From NCBI RefSeq assembly GCF_009914755.1, contig NC_060932.1: a DNA stretch of 64,000 bases; one strand, written 5' to 3'. The stretch is from the human T2T-CHM13v2.0 reference genome, Homo sapiens. Shown one piece after another: positions 57,204 to 64,000 of the stretch (positions are counted from its first letter, which is position 1; every line of letters begins with the position of its first letter). The notes beneath the pieces were generated by a model. It worked only from the letters and a program-made list of their open reading frames with translations. It made no database searches and was not told the origin of the DNA. Position numbers and translations under genes: made by a program.

Positions 57204-57982
57204 CTTGGTACTCCTATCCTCGGTTTTAGTTGTACACAGGCAGGGACAGAAACCACTGCTTGATAAGGACCTGGGAGCCAGAGGCTTAAACTCCTCAAGG
57301 ATGAAGTTCTGGGTGACCCTACCAGACAAACCATCTTGCCCAGCAGAGGTGCTAGCTTAGAGGAAAGGGGACTCAGAAGGGGTGGTGAAGGAGGGAGATG
57401 ATGGATACCAATTATAGCCTTGGGATATAAGCTTCACCAATGCCCAGCATTAAATTTCCCCAGACATGTAATCAGTTAGAATCCTAGAGAAGCTTTGCAT
57501 GAATGGGCTAAACATACTGTGAAAAGCAAGCAGATATGAGCAATGCAAGCAGGAGACTGGAGCAGATGATTGGGGCCCCATCCACATCCCCTTTACAGGG
57601 GCACTGCACCCATCTTCCAGACATAGTGAGTTTTGGCAACTAATAATTCCTAGCTTTATCCTTCTCTGGAGAATTGCCATTGGTCCATGGGAATCGCCTT
57701 GCACAGAAATGTCTGGGAATTATACACTCCATTTCAGACAGCAATCTACAGCGAATGACACACTGATGCCTCAAGGTGAGACAACCCTGTGGTACCATTC
57801 ATGCCTCAGAACTCTACATGAGATCGGGATGTAGCTAGGCTTCCCTCCAAACCATATCTTTCCTTTACTTCTTCCTCTGCCTTACCTTGCTTCCAGTTCC
57901 CCACAGATTTCTTGGGGAGAACAGCTTCAATAACTCACTTGCACAAGAATCCCTATCTCAGGCTCAGCTTTCAAGGAACCTG

Positions 57983-58041
57983 ACCACTCGTCAAGAACAT
58001 ACATTGCTCATTATTACCACTCATCAAGAACATCCACTGCT
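57983..58041. repeat. 33-bp period imperfect duplication at the 3' LTR end
   Basis: accactcgtcaagaacatacattgct / accactcatcaagaacatccactgct. Confidence 0.85.
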
Positions 58042-60957
58042 AAGACTTCCTTGACATTAGCCCTTCCCTCCTGTGCAAGATGAGTTAAATCTGTTCCAAG
58101 CAGGCTCCTTTTTCAGCCTGTTTCCCCCTATCTTAGCACTGACCCTTCTGCACTGAATGGAAGTCTTGTGTGAGTGTAAAGCTATCCCTGAATCTCAGAT
58201 TCAATGCAACTCTAATTTTTCATATAAACAAGGGTATGAAATATTATGACTGATTAGCCTGTGACCAAATATTGTAAAATGTATGCATTTTAACCAAACT
58301 AGTGGTTTGGCCTCTTTCTGTCTCTCTCTCACACACACACACACCTACACACACACATACATAAAACCATGAGTTACCTGCTGATAGTGTTAAAGTGTGA
58401 ATTGCCTCTTTTCACTCTCTTAGGTTAAGCTATTTTCTGTTTGTAAATATAACCTGGAGATCATCCTGCAGTGAGTTCCTGTATTCAAGGCAATGAAGCA
58501 TGTCCTCAGAGCCATCAGATATTTTGGAACATCCTTGATTTCAGACCTTGTCTTGTAGAACAATGGCTATATTAGTTAGAGCAGGTTAACTACTGCAAAT
58601 ATTATCCCCATATCTCCATGGATTAGCATGATAACAGTTTGTTTCTCATTCACATCACAAGCAAATGAAGGATCTATTGTGCATGGTCTTCCATGGGCCA
58701 GTCTTTGATTCTATGGGCCAGTCCAGGAAGAGGCCATCCTCCCTTCTGCCCACACTATGGCACATGTCTCTACCTAAATGAGAAGGTTTTGGGAAATATC
58801 ATTCAGTACAGTTTCTGGGAAGAAAGAGAGAAACAAGATATTGATGAGCACCAGCTCTCTCTCTCTCTCTCTGCCATTGTGAAATTTCCACTGAAGTGTT
58901 ATGCTGTTTAGCACTTCCTAGGATATTCAAATAGATCCTTATGGGAAGAGCCTCTAATGAAATTGAATCTCCTTCTCTAAGATACACAACTGTATGCTCT
59001 TTAGCGTGGCAATGCCACTGGTAAATGCTGGTTCACCACCTCTTCCTGAGACAAATGGATCTCAGCAGTAGGAGTTTCTAACAAATACCACTTTAGAAAC
59101 AATACTACAGGTTAACTTTTTAGGTCTCGAGTTTTTACAGTGCATTAGATTTTTTGTGCCACTGATTATAGTAGCTAAAGTATTGCTAAACACACTTGAC
59201 AACTGCCAACACTTGAAAGTGCCCCTGCTATTCCTAATGCCTGTTTCAATGTAGCTTGATACAAAACTAGTTTCTGCTGCTTGGGGACAATCTAATTTAA
59301 CTGAATTGTCATTTGTTTTTCTCCCACTTTCCCTTTACATGAACTTATCACAATCATGCCTGCCACCATGGAAAGTCAAGGCCAGAGCCCTCCATTTTGG
59401 CTCGGGAAATATCTTAAACAATGGATGTCTAGCCTCATCTTTCACTGGTTCCCCCCATCTGTTTCTCTTTGGTTTTATACGTTCTACCCATTTCATTGTG
59501 CCTCTATACTGGGATAGACAGCTCACTTGTAGGTTATCTACCCATCCCTGACTCTCCAGCCCTTTCATGTTGGAAGAATGGAAATTGTGCAAAAGTCTTA
59601 AGAATGTACTTAGTTTATTTGTTGAATGCTTAACACATGCCACAATACAATGATGAGCAAAATGCTCGTGGTCCTACCCACACAGAGTTTACAGCCTATG
59701 AAAAAAGAACTCCTTCTTCCCTCCCTCACAAAAAAGTAAGCACTTGAATAAAAACATTGCAAGTAGTGATAAAGACTATGAGAGAAACAAACGATGGAAT
59801 ATCATATGAGATGTTCCAACTGAGAGATTGGGAAAAGCATGGCATGTCTGAGAAACTAAGTGAAAGGAGTTGGAACATAATGTACAAGAGTAGAGGAGGA
59901 GCGGTTGATGTGCTTGGAGAGATAAATAGGGGTCATTTTTACCCTACCCATCACCACCTGGGATGGTGGACAATGGCTGATATCAGGCATGTACATGTTC
60001 TCACATACACACACACATTTAAGCATACAATTTTTCATCACCACCATGATACTTCTGGCTTCTTTCCATCAAGATCACTATAATAAATCCAGTACTTCAG
60101 GCAACATTCATTTCTGTAGAAATTCCCTAGCTATTCCTCAATGTTTAATACTCCAAAGCAAGCTATTCAGAGTTAGGTTATGCTCTGGGTTCACAAAACA
60201 AGCTGAGGCTATCACATTGTTGATTTGGCACCCTCTAGGATAAAGAATTGTACAGAGCTTTACCCATGGAGTACTCACATTGTAAGGCTGGCTTGTAGGG
60301 ACAGCTCAAATACTCTATTAGCAGCCCATGGGTGTGGCACATAACTACCAGAGGTCCATCTAGCCTACCAGTGTCAGGACAGCTTTTCCAGTTCTCAACT
60401 TGAGTTCAATGCTGACCATAGAAAAGGGTGTTTTTCGTCTCAGTGGAACCTAGAGGAGAAGGTTCTTGCCTGAAAGACTGAGACCTTAGATGTTTCTCAC
60501 TTGATAAAGTAGAAAACTGCCATGCTTCCTGTGGTGGATACCAGTACCCATGAGGTCAATCCCAGCAAACAAAGCATAGAGATGTACTCATGTTGGGTAT
60601 CCCCACCCTGGTCCTAGCCTCCCTAATGTGGAAAGGCACAATTAGGCATATCCTGAAATAGATATCCATAATATCTATTCCTTATACCAAGGCCTTTACT
60701 ACTATTTGCAAGAAATCTTTGGTATTTGCTTATTAGTTTGCTGTTGTCCCTCTTTGTATAGTCTTTGACATTGTTATTTCTCTGGAGACTGGCTTCTTTT
60801 AATAGACTGAAAAATACCAATTGACTGCCTCAGTTACTAACGTCAGAATTTTAACTCAGTGCTAAAGCTATCACAGTCTTCCCCTAATATGATCACTCTA
60901 TGTGTTCTATCATTTCTCTTTACTGTGACATAAAGAAAGATATTTTTAACATGCTCT

Positions 60958-61964
60958 TGTGATATACAACCTCTAAGATGGGGCCCAGCAATCCCTGCCT
61001 CCTGATGTTTATGCCTTTGTGTGATCCTCTCCCCTTGAATGTTGGCTAAGCTTTTTGCCTCACTTATAAGAAGAAGAATATAACAGAAATAATGAAATGT
61101 CATCTCCAAGTTGATTCCAAAGGACTGTGGCTGCCATTTGGGTGCTTGCCTTCTGTCTCTTACTTATTTTAAGAAAAGCCAGATGTCAAGTTGTGAGCTG
61201 ACTTTTGAGGAGGCTCAAGTGGCAACTGAGGGAGAACTCCCTCAGTCAACAACCAGTGAGGATTGAGGTTCTCAGTCTAACAACCCATGAGGAGCTGAAT
61301 CCTTCCAAGAGTAAGCTTACAAGCAGATTATCTTCCAATTGAGCGTTTGGATGAAACCACAGCACTAGCCCACAGCTTCACTAAAATCTCATGAGCGACC
61401 TTGAGCCAGAGGCACACCCATTATTGCATTTCTGATCAATGAAGATTGACAATGAGATAATAATTGTTGAGTTTTTTATTTTAAAATAATTATAGATTCA
61501 CAGGGAATTTCAGCAATAGTGCAGACGGGTCTCACATACACTTCACCCAGTTTCTCCCAATGGTTACACCTTACATAACCGTAGTAAAAAATCAAAACTA
61601 TGAATAAAACCAGGTACCATATTTGTGTAGAGTTCCATGCCATTTTACCCAGTATATAGATTCATGAAAACACAGCAATCAAGACACAAAATTTTTCCAT
61701 CACTACAAAGATCTTACTTGCACTACCCGTTTGTAGCCATATCCCTCCAGTATACCATCCCTCATTCTTGGTAATCACTAATCTCTTCTCCAGCTCCACA
61801 ATTTTGTTATTTCAAGAATGTTATATGAATGGAATCATACAGCATATGACCTTTTGAGGTTGACTTTCTCATTCAGCATAGTACTCTTCATATCCATCTG
61901 TTTTTTGTTTTAAGCCATTAAGTTTTTGTAGTGATTTGTTACATGGCAATAGATAATTAATACA
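60958..61964 (+). mobile_element. MLT1E/F-type LTR with a nested antisense L1MC 3' fragment (~61472-61899)
   Basis: LTR 'cctctaagatggggcccagcaatccctgcctcctg...tttaagccattaagttt...gcaatagataattaataca'; insert 'ttattttaaaataattatagattcacagg...cacccagtttctcccaatggt'. Confidence 0.8.
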
Positions 61965-64000
61965 CCACTCCTATGGGAAAAATTACTTTCTGATTAGAGT
62001 GTGAGCTGAAAATAGACTTACCACTGGGTACAGAAACATGAATGCTGACTGATTGCCTCTTATAAGTGTTCATCATATCATAGAAAAGAAATTTACAATG
62101 ACCTTAAACTCATGTTCCTAGGGCTCATCTATTCACACAATGGATGAGTTAGAGAGGAATAAAATTGTGTACATATAAACCAACTTTTTTCAAAATATAT
62201 TTCACCAAACAAAGTGCCATGAGAGGTATCTCTTTGGGCAACACTCCCGTACAGTTAAGCACAGAAAACAAAGTATAACACATTGGTGATCATGGATGGT
62301 CACTAGGTATGTAAGAATTACTTTAGTTTCTTGGGGGAAAATGCATATGCTTATATCCTTGAGATTCACACCAGGAGACTCTGATTCTGTAGTCTAAAGT
62401 GGGATGAGTTGAGTTGTTTTTTTTCCCAGTTTTAACAAGCTTTTGAGCTGATTCTGAGGTAAGTGTCTTAGGATCATATTTGTGAAAAATACCATTCTAC
62501 AGCTTTTTTCCCTTTTATTTTGCCAGTCTCGGAACACTTCCTCATTTCCTTTGGTCTTTGATAGCTTAAATTACTATCTTAATATTGTTCATTGAATAGT
62601 AGGGAACAAACAGGAATAAGAATCACAGATAGGAAACATGACGCTAGATCTGCCATCTTCTACCTGTGCTACCTTAAGATAGTTCCTTAAGCTGCCTCAG
62701 CCTCAGTTACAGTCATCTCACACAGCTGGTGTGAGGCTTTCAAAATAGTGTTTAAATCATGCTGGTACGTGGTAGGAGCACTGTAAATCCTAGCTAGCTT
62801 TATAGTACTATTCCCCTCCTTCCTTTCATTTAATTATTTGGAAGCTGCTCCATTTAATGGTTCTCCAGCAAACTTGTCTCTTTCTTTTTAGCTGCTGGTA
62901 GCCTCGTGCTTTGCCATTGTGTCTGGGATCTTGATAATCACAATGCATTTTGTCATTGCTTTTGCCACTGTTGTTCATGCAGCAGCTCCATGGCAGGACA
63001 TTCCTCTGTATAAATCATTATTTATGGGCCAACTGCCAATAAAAATAACCACAGGAAATATCTAAACCCTGATTTTGTTTTCTAATACATTTTCCCCTTT
63101 GGAAAGGACACCATTATTAAGACATTTTTAAACAATTTCTGGAACCAGTTACCTCTTTACTAGAGTCTCTAGTTGGCAATGAAAGAACGAACATTAAATG
63201 CTTTCACAAAAGTGGCTGAGGGAAAAATAGGAATCGTCGTGTTAAGAAGAACAGTTATTTAATTATGAGCATTTTATGGTGCTGTTAAGGTATCAGAACC
63301 CCACAGCTTGCTTTACTAACGCTGCATTTCTAAACCTAGCTGGTGCTGGTTTCCTTCCATTTTCAACATTTCATTTCCTGGGCAATTTAAAAACAGCAGG
63401 CCAGTTTGGGGATAAACATTAAAATACAAATACTTCAGCTCTAGTGATTTTGCAAAGCAGCCACACAAAGCACTTGCGGTTTTAAGCATATTTTTAAAAA
63501 CACACATTGCTTTGGGACCGCTGTGCCATAATATGTTACCCTGAATAGGTTGTTGATTCGTGGCAATGCATTTAATGTCAGTGCTTTTATTATTTAACAT
63601 AAAATTTGGGCAACAAAACTGGCCCAGATTCAGAGGGAGGGAAAGCTGACAAGTTTCTATCTTGTTGATGTGCTATTTAGCAGAGAATCTGGGTTTGCAA
63701 AACACATTGACCTGCTGCTTCAGGGGTCTTCCAGGGGGCTTTCTTTTAGGACCAGCAGTGGCGAGTGCTGGTTTTTTAAAAATCATTATCATTGTGGTTA
63801 TTACTTTTGCAAATACAGTTGTAGCCAAGTATACTAATACGCAGATCTCCTATAACGCTTGCAGTTTACTAAAGGTTTCCTCCTCATGGACTGGCTCTAT
63901 TCTCACAACAGCTCTGTCAGGGTGAATGTTACCACTCCCACTATATAGATGTGGAAGCCGAGGCCCAGATGAGTTAAGTGATGCATGCAAAGCTCCTAAT

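Larger units (their letters stand above)
54763..57985 (+). mobile_element. Degenerate ERV-L class provirus (LTR16 / ERV3-16A3-like): 5' LTR ~54763-55185, internal ~55190-57550, 3' LTR ~57558-57985
   Basis: Two related same-orientation LTR16-like units ('cccagatcccttta...aataaattaattgcacaggagtccccat' and 'ccacatcccctttac...aataactcacttgcacaagaatccctat') with internal gag- and dUTPase-like remnants. Confidence 0.75.

Overview
This is primate genomic DNA, almost certainly human: it carries an AluYa5/Ya4-type insertion plus L1PA, THE1, MST, MLT, MIR and L2 elements. The window opens with the last coding exon and 3' UTR of MED30 (+ strand, 42-137, KLKQKNQQLKQIMDQLRNLIWDINAMLAMRN*). From recall this places it on 8q24.11, running from MED30 into the intergenic region toward EXT1. 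The remaining ~63 kb shows no other protein-coding gene, RNA gene or CRISPR array; the ORF-track entries are Alu/L1/ERV-derived or random. I found no convincing new biological system. The most notable signal is a set of DNA-repair and retrotransposition scars readable in the sequence: two short locally templated insertions and one longer local duplication, a twin-primed 5'-inverted L1PA, an apparently 5'-inverted Alu, a composite L1 that looks like a 3' transduction, a 27-bp micro-inversion in an MST LTR, and a two-LTR ERV-L provirus relic with gag and dUTPase remnants. Repeat subfamily calls come from recalled consensus sequences, and their boundaries are approximate unless a TSD is quoted.
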